Shown: positions 38,419 through 52,239, numbered from the stretch's first letter. The stretch is 64,000 nucleotides of DNA from Eledone cirrhosa (GCA_964016885.1 OZ024743.1:325562001-325626000), one strand, 5' to 3'. Translations and numbers: made by a program. Notes: a model not told the origin generated them from the letters alone.

Positions 38419-38477
38419 ATTTTATCTGATGAAAGTGTACCAAAGTTTTGGTACCCTTGAAATATATATAATAGAAT
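38419..38477 (+). ncRNA. Type I hammerhead ribozyme motif
   Basis: Stem I ATTTTAT/ATAGAAT; CTGATGA 38426-32; stem II AAG-T-GTACCAAA-GT-TTTGGTAC-C-CTT; GAAA 38459-62; palindromic stem III ATATATAT; AUA triplet ending 38470; AATAAA follows. Confidence 0.75.
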
Positions 38478-39352
38478 AAATATGGTTTTATAAATATAGT
38501 TTCCATTTATTTAATATCATTGTATATTTATATATATGTATATATATATACACACACACATATATATATAGTGATGATGATGATGATATTAATGTGTGTG
38601 TTTCTAGATGTTTATGTGACTGTCTATATATATTGATGATGTGCACTTCTACATGTGTATGTTGGTGACTGTGTGTGTATGTGAACATGTATGAACATGT
38701 GGAATGGAATCATGTGTAGCCAGTCTTCCTAATTAACTTTAAAATATTAACAAGGAGGATTCTTTAAATAAAGTTTCAACAATTTTGATACCAAACTGTC
38801 TGAAACTACCCTAGATTCTATGTTACAAATCAGATTATTTTAAAGTGTTTATCGTCATCATCATTTAACATCTATTTTCCACACTTGCATGGGTTAGGCA
38901 TGTTATCACATTATAAAACAAGTCAAGTCAGGTGACCAATGTCATGCTCATACGGATCTATATTTTGGCTTTAGTTTCTATGGCTGATTGCTCTTCCTAA
39001 CATCAACCACATTACAGTGTCAACTAGGTGCTTTTTATCGTGGCACCAAAATGTTATTTGAAAACCATAGGCAGTGTCTTTCATTAGAAATATGGTAATG
39101 AAAATGTTAGCCGTCTATAAAATAGGAACTTCTCAATAATTAGTCACTCACATTACCCAGACGTTACACAACAGACGAAATACTTAAATAACACAGGAAA
39201 CAATAAACCAAAACTATTTTCGAGTAAAGAAACACAATTCTGCATTCTTTTACTGGCTTCAGTCACTAGATTGTGGCCATGCTGGGACCATCTTAATTAT
39301 TCATTCTAATTGAGGAACAAGGTCAGCAATTTTGGTGGGAGAAGAAAATTAA

Positions 39353-39647
39353 TTAACCCTTTTGATACCAACCTACCCAAAACTGCCTATGGTTATCATC
39401 ACCCTCATCATTGTTTAACGTCCATCTTCTACGTTAGCATGGGTTAGACGGGTTTGTCCCATTTAGAGGCAAGTTGGGTCGGGTGACCATGTCACGCATG
39501 AAACAAACCCAACCAATAAAATTTGAAACAACTTTTTGTTAAGTTACAAATATCTTAATAATGAAATAATTAATAATTTTAGTAAATTCTTCCAAATTCT
39601 TTGTTAATCCAAATATTTCATCAGAAATATGAGAATAAAAGGGTTAA
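39353..39647. mobile_element. Second TTAA-flanked MITE family with a short RTE-tail insert
   Basis: TTAA-CCCTTTTGATACC...ATAAAAGGG-TTAA; related pieces near 11915-12154, 24300-24680, 31398 and 38780-39110. Confidence 0.6.
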
Positions 39648-39689
39648 ATCAACCTAAGAACTGAACTGGTATTTTATTTATCTGTGGAG

Positions 39690-39970
39690 TAATGTTACTC
39701 GATAGAGTGCGTAGCTCAGATATCAGGAAGTCGAGCCAGGTAGAGCCGCTAATTCTCTGAATTGAGAGATCACAGCTCTGATACTACAAACATCTGGTCC
39801 AAATGTCTCAGGAAAGAATCGGCAAACCCTGAGCAAGATAGCTGGATAACATCCATGAGCTCAGTTGGTCTCGTTTGGGATCGAGCCAGATCAGTTGAAG
39901 ACAGTTGCTTTTGATAGAACCTGCTGGAAGGTATGCTTGAAAACTCTGCTCTCATGACCCTTCCATAGAT
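39690..39970 (+). mobile_element. Old RTE-like LINE C-terminal remnant
   Basis: One frame gives ...SFGIEPDQLKTVAFDRTCWKVCL, resembling the A-x-D-R-x-x-W end of RTE ORFs. Confidence 0.4.
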
Positions 39971-40056
39971 AAGTGGGCAAAGGAGGAGGAAGAGAAGGAG
40001 GGGGAGAAAGAAAGAAAGAAAACAAGAGAGAGAGAAAGAAAGAAAGAAAGAAAGAA

Positions 40057-40892
40057 TTGGCAGTACCATTTCTGAGTTCTAATCTCGTTGAGGATAGCTT
40101 AGGCTTTCATCCTCATGAGGTCAGTAAAATAAAATACCAGTAATGCATTGGGGTCAAATAAATCAACTTTCCCCTCCCAAAATTGTTGGCCGTGTGCCTA
40201 AATCAGAACCCAATAATAATAATGGTTTCTGATTTAGGCACAATGCCAACAATTTTCGGGAGGGAAAAGTTGAATAAATTGACCCCAGTACATTATTGGT
40301 AATTTTTCCATCCTGTATTGATGAAAGGCAAAGCTAACCTCAATGGAATTTGAACTCAGCATGTAAAGGGAAGAAACTATATGCCATAAAGCAAGTTGTC
40401 CGACGCTCTGCCGAAACTGCCAATTCACTGTTCTTAGGATATTGCTAATCCACCATCAATAATAATAATTGTTTCTACTTTTGACACAAGGCCAGCAATT
40501 ACCCAGTGTATTACTGGTACTTTATTTTATCGACCCCGTAAGGATGAAAGGTAAAGTTAACCTCGGCGGGATTTGAACTCAGTCCGTAAAGGGACATAAC
40601 TGTGCTGCAAAGCATGGCGTCCGACCCTCTACTGATACTGCCAATCCACCGCCCTATCACCATCAATAATAATAATAATAATGGTTTCTTATATAGGCAC
40701 AAGGCCATCAATTTTGGGGGAGGGGGAAGTCGATTAAATCGACCCCAGTGCATGACTGGTACTTTATTTTATCGATCCTGAAAGGACGAAAGGCAAAGCT
40801 AACTTTGGCGAGATTTGAACTCAGAACATAAAGCGACATAACTGTATGCTGCAAAGCATGTTGTCTGACACTCTACTGACTCTACCAATCCT
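40057..40892. mobile_element. Cluster of four family A SINEs (one plus, three minus)
   Basis: Copies at ~40057-40215(+), 40215-40432(-), 40458-40654(-) and 40670-40892(-), joined by (AAT)n. Confidence 0.85.
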
Positions 40893-41642
40893 CCAAGAAT
40901 TACTTATAAGAAAAAGCCACACATTGTGGTTGTTTTGTTCAAAGATTAATAAGTTATTATTTATGAGAAACAAAATATTTTTGCAAGGTAATACTTCATA
41001 AATACTTGATAAAAAATGACATAACTGTCATATGTTTGCCTGGATGTGAACAGGAAGTGAGAAAACTATCTAAAGAACTCTTTTGTTTCTTTTTGTCTTT
41101 CTACACAATCGATTGTGATCATGTGCTTATATAAATATGTGCGTGTGTGTGTGTATTTGTGTATGTATGCATATATATATATATATGTGTGTGTGAGCAC
41201 CCAGTACTCACTGTAATGAGTTTGGTGTTAGGACAACTCATCTGACCCATGCTAATGTGGAAGACTGGTCGTAAAACGGTGATGATGATATATATATATA
41301 GGTGTGTGTGTGTGCGTGTGAATATGTATATCATCATCATCATTGTTTAACGTCCATTTTCCACGCTAGCATGTATTAGACGGGTTGCCCCATTTTTGGC
41401 AAATTGGGTCAGGTCACCTTGTCTTGCTCATACAGAACTGTTTCTGGCTTGGTTTCTATGAGTGGATGCCCTTCCTAATGCCAACCATATTTACAGTGTG
41501 TGCTGGGTGCTTTTTGTTGTGATGACAACTTTACAGTGTAAGGGTGGTGTAAATAGAAGTGGATGTGTGGGTGTAGAGGTGTGAGAGGTGTATGTAAGGG
41601 GGTATAGTGGTTAAGAGGTGCCTATCAGATGTATGTTTCAGT

Positions 41643-42430
41643 CTGTGCCCATGGGAACTTCTGCAGGGCAAATGACCTAATCCTTTTAGCTGAATCTATG
41701 GCAAATTTGGGGAAGAAATTTCAAACCTGGAAGCATGGTTTAGAATCAAAAGGTCTTAGAGTTAACTTATCAAAGACTAAAGTCCCAGTATGTAGAAAGG
41801 AAAACAGGGCCCAAATTCCCTTAGAGAAATGGCCTTGCTCAGTGTGCAGAAAAGGATAAGTTCTATCCTATATCCCAAATTCAAACTATGAGTATACAAG
41901 AGATGTAGTAGGATATCAGGCAACCTAGCAAAGAATATAGGTTTTATATGGGCACAGGTGCAGTTAATAGCAAGAGCTTGCAAGATACTAGCTCCTTCAA
42001 ATGCCCTGAAAAGAAGAAGTAGATAGTTTCCATTACTTGGGTGACCAAATTAGGAGTGGGCGAGAGTGTTCTAAAAGCATAGTAACAGAGTGAGAATGGG
42101 GTTGTGAAAGTTCAGGGAGCTACTATTGCTGCTAACTATGAAAGGTTTCTCTCTCAAAATGCAGGGAAGATTGTATGATGCATGTATATGAACAACAATG
42201 TTACATGATAGTGAGACCTGGGTGCTGTGTGCAGAGGACCTGCAAAGATTCGAAAGAAATGAAGCTTCCATGCTTCGATGGATGTGTAAAAGCAATATAC
42301 ATGAATGGCAAAGCATAAATGAACTGAGGGAGAAACTGGGCATAAGAGGGATCAGATGCAGTGTACAGGAGAGTAGATGTGTTAGTATGGACATGTGAAT
42401 ACATATGAAGGATAACAGCATTTCACAGAT
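41643..42430 (+). mobile_element. Older RTE LINE fragment
   Basis: KKFQTWKHGLESKGLRVNLSKTK and MLHDSETWVLCAEDL with multiple stops. Confidence 0.9.
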
Positions 42431-42558
42431 GCAAAGCTGTGGAGAGGAATTAGGGCTCACAAGGGAACAGGCAAAGGCTTCAAAAACATCATCTTTGTCC
42501 ATTCCCTTGTCATTTTAGTTTGCATTGCCTCAAGAGCATAACCTTATTATGTAAAGAA

Positions 42559-42632
42559 GCTGTCTGATGAGGTCATAGCACTGGTTGCGCAGAATTGCGG
42601 GCCACTGTCATCATTGAAATATGTATCACAGC
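42559..42632 (+). ncRNA. Type I hammerhead ribozyme motif
   Basis: Stem I GCTGT/ACAGC; CTGATGA 42564-70; imperfect ~20-bp stem II; GAAA 42616-19; stem III ATATGTAT (self-complementary with G.U); AUC triplet 42625-27. Confidence 0.75.
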
Positions 42633-43386
42633 CTTATCAATAAGGAACTTTAATATCTGCAACTACTTCGCATTTTCTTATTCTATATATATAATATATA
42701 TCATCATCCGTCTATCTTCCATGCTAGCATGGGTTTATATATATATATATTTTATATACATAATCATGGGTTTATATATATATATTTATATACATAATCA
42801 TCATCATTATCGTTTAACGTCCATTTTTCATGCTAGCATGGGTTGGACAGGTTTGGTCCCATTTAACGTGCACAGATGAAAGGCCAGCTGTATGATCCCA
42901 GTGTATGAAGTGAAATGTTGCATAGGTGTGAAGCAAGGGCAGTAAATACAGAGGATGTTTAGAGGCTGCGTTATGTATGGAGCATGAATGTTGGCTGAAG
43001 TGCCAGCAGTTCCTAGTGAAATGAAGCTTCACCAGAGAAAGGCTCAGGAAAACATGGACAAAAGTGGTGAGAGCTGATCACAAAATCATTACATTTTGGC
43101 AAGGCTAAAACATTTTTAATGTACTTACTGACATGAACCCTTAAATTAATGAAAGACTTTTACATGTGTAACCACTGAAGCACAGGACTTCCATTTATGC
43201 AGGAGATAAACAAATATCAGACCAACAGAGTGAAGATTTGAGAAGAAAAGCATTAGATACAAATATAAAGACCAGGTGTATACATAATACATATATATAT
43301 ATATCAAAAGTATATATTGAGTTAAAAGCTCACATAAGTCCCTTATAATCAAAGTAGCTCAAGGAAAACATTTTCCGAGCCTAATA

Positions 43387-43570
43387 ATACCATAAAGAGA
43401 GATGAACACAGATATATACATATATGCGTTCAAATCACAAGGGACAAAAACTTTTAATTGATATCTTGTGAACCATACTATCTTTCGTCAGTATTCACTT
43501 TACCCTGGCGGTTTTTGTTCCTTGTGATTTGAACGCATATATGTATATATCTGTATTCGTCCCCCATTAT

Positions 43571-43575
<5 letters not shown>
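43387..43575. repeat. Fold-back with ~65-bp arms and CTGACGA (minus strand) in the spacer
   Basis: ACAGATATATACATATATGCGTTCAAATCACAAGG / CCTTGTGATTTGAACGCATATATGTATATATCTGT; TCGTCAG at 43485-91; GAAA box decayed. Confidence 0.75.
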
Positions 43576-43624
<49 letters not shown>

Positions 43625-43927
43625 GTCTATATTTTCACACTTGCATGGACAACTAAGACTGTATATATCTCAAGTAGAACGTAAACAAATGTAAATCAAA
43701 CCCATGTCAACCGTGAACCCAAACAAATGTAAAACACAAACCTATAATCAACCCTATCTACAAAATTGTATCACATCAGCCATAAATTAAATGTAAACAT
43801 ATCCTTCAAAACCATAATCCTTCCCTCTCAGCCAAACAACAACCAACATGCTCTAGTTACTGGTATGGAAGCAACGGATGTTGTATTACATAATTTCTAT
43901 ATTTCCCTCTCCCTCTCTCATAAACAT

Positions 43928-44032
<105 letters not shown>

Positions 44033-44039
44033 CATATAC

Positions 44040-44070
<31 letters not shown>

Positions 44071-44322
44071 CATATACATATATATATATACATATATATA
44101 TATAAAGAATTAATATCTAGTAACATATATATACATATATATATTGCTATTTGGTGTGTTAATTATCCATAAAAATTTTGTAAAGACTTTTGTAATAAAC
44201 AGGTTTAAGCAGGTAGAGCACTCCACATCAGTTGTATCAATCCAGCTTAGATGTGCTGATCAAATGTAATGGAGTTATCATGCATGAAATAAACATTAAG
44301 ATAGAAGTAACATAATCATATT

Positions 44323-44418
44323 TGTTAATTATACGTATTTCTGTGACACCAGCATAGAGCTATTGCGCAATCATTATAACAGCGACCTGCACCAGTGTAA
44401 TGTCATCAGATGTTAACA
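44323..44418 (-). ncRNA. Hammerhead-like motif in the left arm of fold-back 44284-44568
   Basis: Minus strand TGTTAACAT-CTGATGA...GAAA-TACGTAT-A-ATTAACA, with palindromic ATACGTAT and an AUA triplet. The mirror copy on plus (CTGATGA 44482-88) has a shortened stem II and AAAA. Confidence 0.65.
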
Positions 44419-45070
44419 CAATTATGTGGCTGTGTTGTTGGCCAACAACATACAGACCTATCCACATAATTGTGTTAACATCTGATGACGTCACACTATG
44501 GTGCTGTAACAAAAATACATATAATAATAAATATGATTATGTAACTTCTGTCTTAACATTTATTTCATATATATATATTATAAAAGTGGATTAAAATAAA
44601 ATTTATTAAAATAAAATATATTATGCCATAAATCAGCTCAAATATGCTATATACTGCTAAAATCCATATTATGCAGAGCATTATTTATTCAAAATATTAC
44701 TTAAGTACAATAATATATATATAGGTGGTTGGTGATAGGAAGGGCATACAGCTGTAAAAATCACATCAAATTTTTACAGTTCTGTTTGAGCAAGGTATGA
44801 CATGGCTATGCCATACCTTGGCCATGCCATAATCAAGGTAAATGGATGTTAAACAGTGATGATGATGACAACAGTCATTCTTTTGTTTTACTATTTTTCT
44901 CCTTGCACACTGGAATGAATGGTATAGAACTTAATGCACCAAAACCATAGTGATTTTCAGAGGTTGACTGAGGAACTGAGGAGATGGGACTGTTCATCTT
45001 TCTGGGGGTTTTTCTATTGTCTTTGTCCTGTGCGCACCCTATTTCGTGTGTATACATATATATGTGTGTA

Positions 45071-45123
<53 letters not shown>

Positions 45124-45460
45124 ATGTATGTATGTGTGTGTGTGTGTGTGATACTGGTGTCCACCTGTTTATGGTGGAGCCAATAACATTGTTAGAACTC
45201 CATGCAGTCTTGAGAAGATTTCAATGAGATCATGCAGTGAGAACTATAGTAGGCTTTCATAGTATATGGTTCAATCGAAGATGCTAAGCAAGCTACAGAA
45301 TCATATATATATATTGCTAGTTGCTGTGTTGTTTATCTGCAAAAGCTGCGTAATGACTTGTTGATAAACGGGTTTAAGCAGGTAGAGCATATATGTGTGT
45401 GTGCGTGTAATTGAACACTGAAAATAAAACAAAAGTCAAAGACAGCTCTTTAATTAGTTC

Positions 45461-45579
45461 ATTGTTTTACGACCGTTTCTGAGGGTTGATTGATCATATT
45501 GACTATTAGACAGTGATTATGTCACCATCCATTTTTAGTCACAATATCCTAGATCTATCTCACTGTATTCTTCAGAAAC

Positions 45580-45582
<3 letters not shown>
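45461..45582 (-). ncRNA. Hammerhead-like motif with very long stem II
   Basis: Minus strand ATTGTTT-CTGAAGA...GAAAC-GGTC-GTA-AAACAAT: perfect 7-bp stem I and GUA triplet. Six extra nucleotides precede the TGAG/CTCA base of stem II. Confidence 0.62.
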
Positions 45583-45634
<52 letters not shown>

Positions 45635-46539
45635 AAGAGTGAAGAATAACATGGTCAACAGTAAAAAAGGGTTTTATTTACAGTATTAACAATTGTTTAA
45701 TTTAACTATCCACAATACGGAGTGGAGTACTCACAACCTCTAACTGGATTACCTATAACGATAATTTGTTATCACATATATATATATATATATCATTATC
45801 ATCGTTTAATGTCTATTTTCCACACTAGCATGAGTTAGATGGGTTTGTCCCATTAGAAGCAAGTTGGGTCGGGTGACCGTGTCTCGCTCATATAGGACTG
45901 TTTCTGGCTAGATTTCTACAGCTGGAGAGCTGGATGCCCTTCCTAACACCATATATATACACACACGACACACCTCACCAGTTTTGCCTAACAAATTACA
46001 CTCACAAGGCTTTAGTAAAGCAAAGGCTAAAGTAGAAGATATTTGCCCAAAGTACCATGTAGTGGGACTGAACCCATAGCCAACTGGCTTGTATGTGACA
46101 GTTCATTTGTGTGTGTGCGCGCGTGCGTGTGTGTTTGGGCACATGAGTGATTGCTGAGAGATTATTTGAAGTTTATAAAATGAAAGTCTAGTCAACATGG
46201 TATGTATAGTATCCAAATGACCACTACCTCACCACCAGCCTAATCTTAACTCCACTATCACAACCACCACCACAACCACAACCACCAACACTACCACCAA
46301 CACCACCACCACAAAAATAACAATCCTTAATTTAAATAATAATCGTTAACCACTCTAACACCTCTGTATACATCTTTAACATCGCCCCGCCACCATCACC
46401 ATCACGATATGTCAGTGGAGCCAGTCATTATGTCATAAACATACACACACATATATAATATAATATACCCCCACCAACTCGCCACTCTGTTTCATTCTGC
46501 TAGAACACTGCTCTTCCGAAAACCAGCCAGCCATTACGA

Positions 46540-47280
46540 AACCACCACCGTCACTTCCACCACGCCCACCACCACCATCATCATCACCACAACTTCCACG
46601 CCCACCACTACCACCACAATTTCCACCCCTATCACCACCACCGCTACCTCATCTTCCACCCCTGTCACCACCACCACAACTTCAACCCCTGTCACCACCA
46701 CCACAACTTCCACCCCTATCACCACCACCACTACCTCATCTTCCACCCCTGTCACCACCACCACAACTTCCACCCCTGTCACCACTACCACAACTTCCAC
46801 CCCTATCACCACCACAACAACTTCCACCCCTGTCTCCATCACCACTACCACAACTTCCATCCCTAACACCACCCAATACTACCACAACTTCCACCCCTAT
46901 CACCACCACCACTACCACAACTTCCACCCCTATCACCATCACCACTACCACAACTTCCACCCCTGTCACCATCACCACTACCACAACTTACATCCCTAAC
47001 ACCACCCAATACTACCACAACTTCCACCCCTATCACCACCACCACTACCACAACTTCCACCCCTATCACCATCACCACTACCACAACTTCCACCCCTATC
47101 ACCACCACCACAACTTCCACCCCTATCACCACCACCACTACCACAACTTCCACCCCTGTCTCCATCACCACTACCACAACTTCCACCCCTATCACCACCA
47201 CCACTACCACAACTTCCACCCCTGTCACCACCACCACTACTACTATTACCACCGCTACCACCACTACTATTACTACTACT
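46540..47280. repeat. C-rich minisatellite, ~27-33-bp units
   Basis: CACCAC(C/T)ACCACAACTTCCACCCCT(A/G)T repeated. Confidence 0.92.
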
Positions 47281-47527
47281 TATTACGTTTCTCTCAACCA
47301 CTGACCTCTCTTCCAGACCCACTACCACCACCACAACGAATACCAATCTGCAACCATCAATACCACCCATCCTGTCTATCTCCACCACGTCCACCAGGCT
47401 ATCATAAAACAATCATCACCACTGCCATCCGTGTTTCCCCGCCATCACTACCCTCTCTCTCTCTCTCACTCACTCACTGCAAATGGTCGACCATTTTAGC
47501 TGGGATGGAAATAAGACGGACACAACT

Positions 47528-47570
<43 letters not shown>

Positions 47571-48873
47571 TAAACAGTACACTCTATAGTGAACAGAGAA
47601 AGTGAGTGAAAGAGAAAGAGTAAACGTGCGGAAAAGAGAGAGAAAGAGAGTGATAGTGTATGAGAGAACGCGATTTAGTGGCAGAGAGTGAAAGGGGGTG
47701 GGGGAGAAAAGTAGACAGAGAGAGAGAGGGGGGGGGATAGACAGATAGAGAGAATAGGGGAGAGTAACGTCGGCGAAGCTAATCACACAGATGCTGGTGT
47801 TTGTCAGGAGATTCGGACGGTGTTTCAGTTGGACTCAACAAGCCAGTGAATAGAGCTATATGCAAATATATACGCACACACAGGTATGCTATAATTAATA
47901 ATAGTAAAGCACATCAGTGATCAGACGGAATATATATATATGAGGGTATATAAATAGACTGGGCAAATTAATCGGATATTAATGAAAACATTGTTACCCC
48001 CAATTATCGAGTAAGTAACATGCTTAAATATATTTCTGTTGGATTAAGTATGTTTGAATACATGTATTTGTGAATGTGTTGCTGTATGTACGAGAATTTG
48101 TTTATGTATACATGCGTGTGAAAATAGATTCTATTTTATTATATCAAGAAAGAAAAAATAAGAGAAAAGAAAAGTGGAAGGCGCGCACACTCAATTACAC
48201 ACCACAACAAGGGGTGCTAGAGTTTCCCTCTAATAAATTCTGTGGCATGTCAACACAGCATTGCTGCGACTGATAGCGAGGCTAAGATGCTGGAATAATC
48301 AAGCACTTTCACCGGGAGCATTATTTGATACGTTCGTAAGGCGAGCCACCAACAATGACAAGAACTTCGTCGCCGGTGGCACAGCTCCCCCCAACGACCC
48401 GAACCTCACTGGCTAGAAAAAATAGTTTACTAATAATTCCTGGTATTTTAGAATTTAACTTCGTTCAATTTTGCCGCAGCATCTAGGATTTGGGAAGGAA
48501 CAAATGTATGTTTAGGTAGATACACAAAAGCCGATTAAGTCTCCGTAGAGCCCCTGTCTGAAAATTTCATCAGGGTCCTTGCTTTAAACTGATTTTAATT
48601 TACTCGTGAAAAGGGGCCCTTGTCAACAACTCGGTTAGCACTTTTCTCTTCATAATCCGTTAATGTATATACATGAGTTGGTGTAAACGAACGCATGTTT
48701 AAAAAACTGTGTACACCCCAGAGAACATGGTAACCCTTTTATTAACATATATTAATGTTTTGGGTATACATACTCGTAAATACGCACATGTTAATAAATG
48801 CCCCCATGTATATAGGGACTATAGACTTATATATATAGTAGAAAAATAATATTTTCTTTATTAAGACCAAGTT

Positions 48874-49014
48874 TGAGTCTTGTTACTCGGGAGCTCTGAG
48901 TATTCACAGGGTCATCAGACATGACTGACTTAATGACCCCGTGTGTGCGCTCAGGTAAAACTCCAGAGTAACATATATATATATAGGTTAATTTTGAGTC
49001 TTGTTACTCTGGAG

Positions 49015-49018
<4 letters not shown>
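48874..49018. repeat. Rearranged copies of the 6166 hammerhead family
   Basis: GTCATGT-CTGATGA on minus (48912-25); AAAACTCCAGAGTAACA on plus (~48957-73); its reverse complement at ~48996-49018. Confidence 0.65.
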
Positions 49019-49081
<63 letters not shown>

Positions 49082-49337
49082 TTTAATTTAGTGAAAGGTC
49101 ATCTCTGGATCGTTGTCTCGTTATATTACTTCTATCGTTTTCTTTTCGTTTGCTCCCCCACCTTCACCGTTGTTACTTCTCTTCATCTGTCAATCTTTTA
49201 TGTTCATAGTCTCTCCCATATCTTCCAATCCAGCTATTCACTCTTTCTCTCTCCACTAACACATACACTAGTATTATAACGCATAACGGATTTGTGTACA
49301 TTCGCAAATTTCCCTTGAAGAGAAAGAGAAAGTATAC

Positions 49338-49372
<35 letters not shown>

Positions 49373-49429
49373 TGCTTCTAATCTATTGTAAAACTTATTC
49401 TTTGATTTATTCATTGAACCTTGTTTAAC

Positions 49430-49503
<74 letters not shown>

Positions 49504-49574
49504 CAGCAAACAAAAAACAAAAACAAAGCGAAGAGTGCAGTACAAAGTGTTAGTAGTAGGTGAGTGGGGGGCGG

Positions 49575-49625
<51 letters not shown>

Positions 49626-49767
49626 GAATAATCGAGTATCGGAAAATCAGCTCACGAATTAACGATAAACAAATCCGACATGAGTGGCAGAGATATATAT
49701 ATACCAGTATGTGATTGGAACTGGGAAAAAGAAGTACTCAATACCGAAGTAGATTTAATATTAATTT

Positions 49768-49812
49768 CTGATGAACCTGTGATAAACAGGCGAAACTCTA
49801 GAATAACAAGAT
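49768..49812 (+). ncRNA. Hammerhead core of the 6166 family, 5'-truncated just before the core
   Basis: CTGATGA 49768-74, ACCTGT-GATAA-ACAGGC, GAAAC 49792-96, TC-TA-GA-ATA, ACAAGAT; preceded by an inverted copy of the family tail (49730-49765). Confidence 0.6.
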
Positions 49813-49944
49813 TCACCTTTTAGCATTAATAAAATGGATATATAGCCGCGGATTACAGAGCCGGGGTAGATCGATACAGATCGAACCTTGAGCTGATCTG
49901 AGGCGAAACGTGCGTCGCCAACCAATAAACGTAATGAAGGAGTA

Positions 49945-49973
<29 letters not shown>

Positions 49974-49977
<4 letters not shown>

Positions 49978-50248
49978 CATGTGGCCTAGTGGTAAGAGTG
50001 TTGGACTTACGATCATAATGTCGTGGGTTCGATTCCTGGGTTGCGTGTTGTGTTCTTGAGCAAAACACTTCATTTCACGTTGCTCCAGTATACTCAAGTG
50101 GAAATGAGTACCAGCAATAGCTGTAGGTTTAACCCTGCGATGGACTGGCGTCCTGTCCATGAGGGAGTCTTGTACTCTCAGTTGCTTCACACCATGAAAC
50201 CGGGATAAGCAGCGGCCAAATGACCCTTTTGGCTTAAGACAGACTTTA
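49974..50248 (+). mobile_element. tRNA-derived SINE with CORE-like and V-domain-like segments
   Basis: A box TGGCCTAGTGG, B box GGTTCGATTCC, then CCCTGCGATGGACTGGCGTCCTGTCCA, which resembles the V-SINE conserved domain (recalled, not searched). Confidence 0.75.
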
Positions 50249-50253
50249 GACAC

Positions 50254-51237
<984 letters not shown>

Positions 51238-51238
<1 letters not shown>

Positions 51239-52207
51239 TCATCATCATCATCATCTTCGTTTAACGTCCATTTTCCACGCTAGCATGGGTTAGACGGGAG
51301 TTGTCCCACTTGAGGCAAGGTTGGTCGGGTGACCATGTCTCGCTCATATAGGACTATCTGGCAGGTTTTCCACGGCTGGATGCCCTTCCTAACACCAACC
51401 ACATTTACAGTGTGGAACTGGGAACTTTTTACCGTGTTACCTACACGACCACATTACAGCGTGGACTGTCTGTTTTTTGTCGTGAGACCTACACGATCTC
51501 GATCTCATTTATTTGGACTGGATGTTGTGGTACCAACATTATAGAGACAGGGTGGTGTTGGTGGGAGGATAGGGTAGGGGTAGTGGATTGGGGTGTATAT
51601 TTGGTTAAGAGGTGCCTACTGACTGTAGGTTTCGCTTTGTACATAGGCAAGGCGGGTCTTCTGTATTACTGCGTAGGTCCAGTGACATTGTCTTAGAGAG
51701 GTATAAGTGTGTAAGGTCGGAATTTATCAGATCGTACCAGGTTTTTCTGGGTCTACCTACTCCGTAACTACTATCAATTTTGATCGCCCTGCACTTTTTT
51801 ATACAGTTGTCGTCTTTCATGCGCATCACGTGGCCATACCAACGTAGTCTTCTCTCGAGTAAACAGCATCTGATCCCTCTTATTCCTAATTTCTCACTTA
51901 GTTCATTTATGCTTTGCCGTTCACGAATATTACTATTACACATCCAACGGAGCATGCATGCTTTGTTCCTTTCCAGTCTGCACAAGTCCTCTGCACGCAA
52001 TGCCCATGTCTCACTGCCATGTAGCATTGCTGTTCGTATACAAGCATCATACAATCTGCCTTTCCTTTTTAGAGAGAAACCTTTTGTGGCCAACAGCGGT
52101 ATAAGCTCTCTGAACTTTTTCCATCCCGTTCTGACTCTGGCTACTGTACTTTCAGAGCACCCACCACCACCACTGCTGATTTTGTCACCCAGGAAACGGA
52201 AAGTGAC

Positions 52208-52208
<1 letters not shown>
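51238..52208 (-). mobile_element. 5'-truncated RTE LINE
   Basis: ORF 51605-52093 region, 3'UTR and (CAT)n tail. Confidence 0.95.

Positions 52209-52239
<31 letters not shown>

Noticed and set aside
46534-47412. GGDRGGSC and poly-V repeat ORFs
   Set aside because: Minisatellite translations in several overlapping frames.
48555-48585. Minus-strand CTGATGA
   Set aside because: No downstream GAAA-NUH arrangement.
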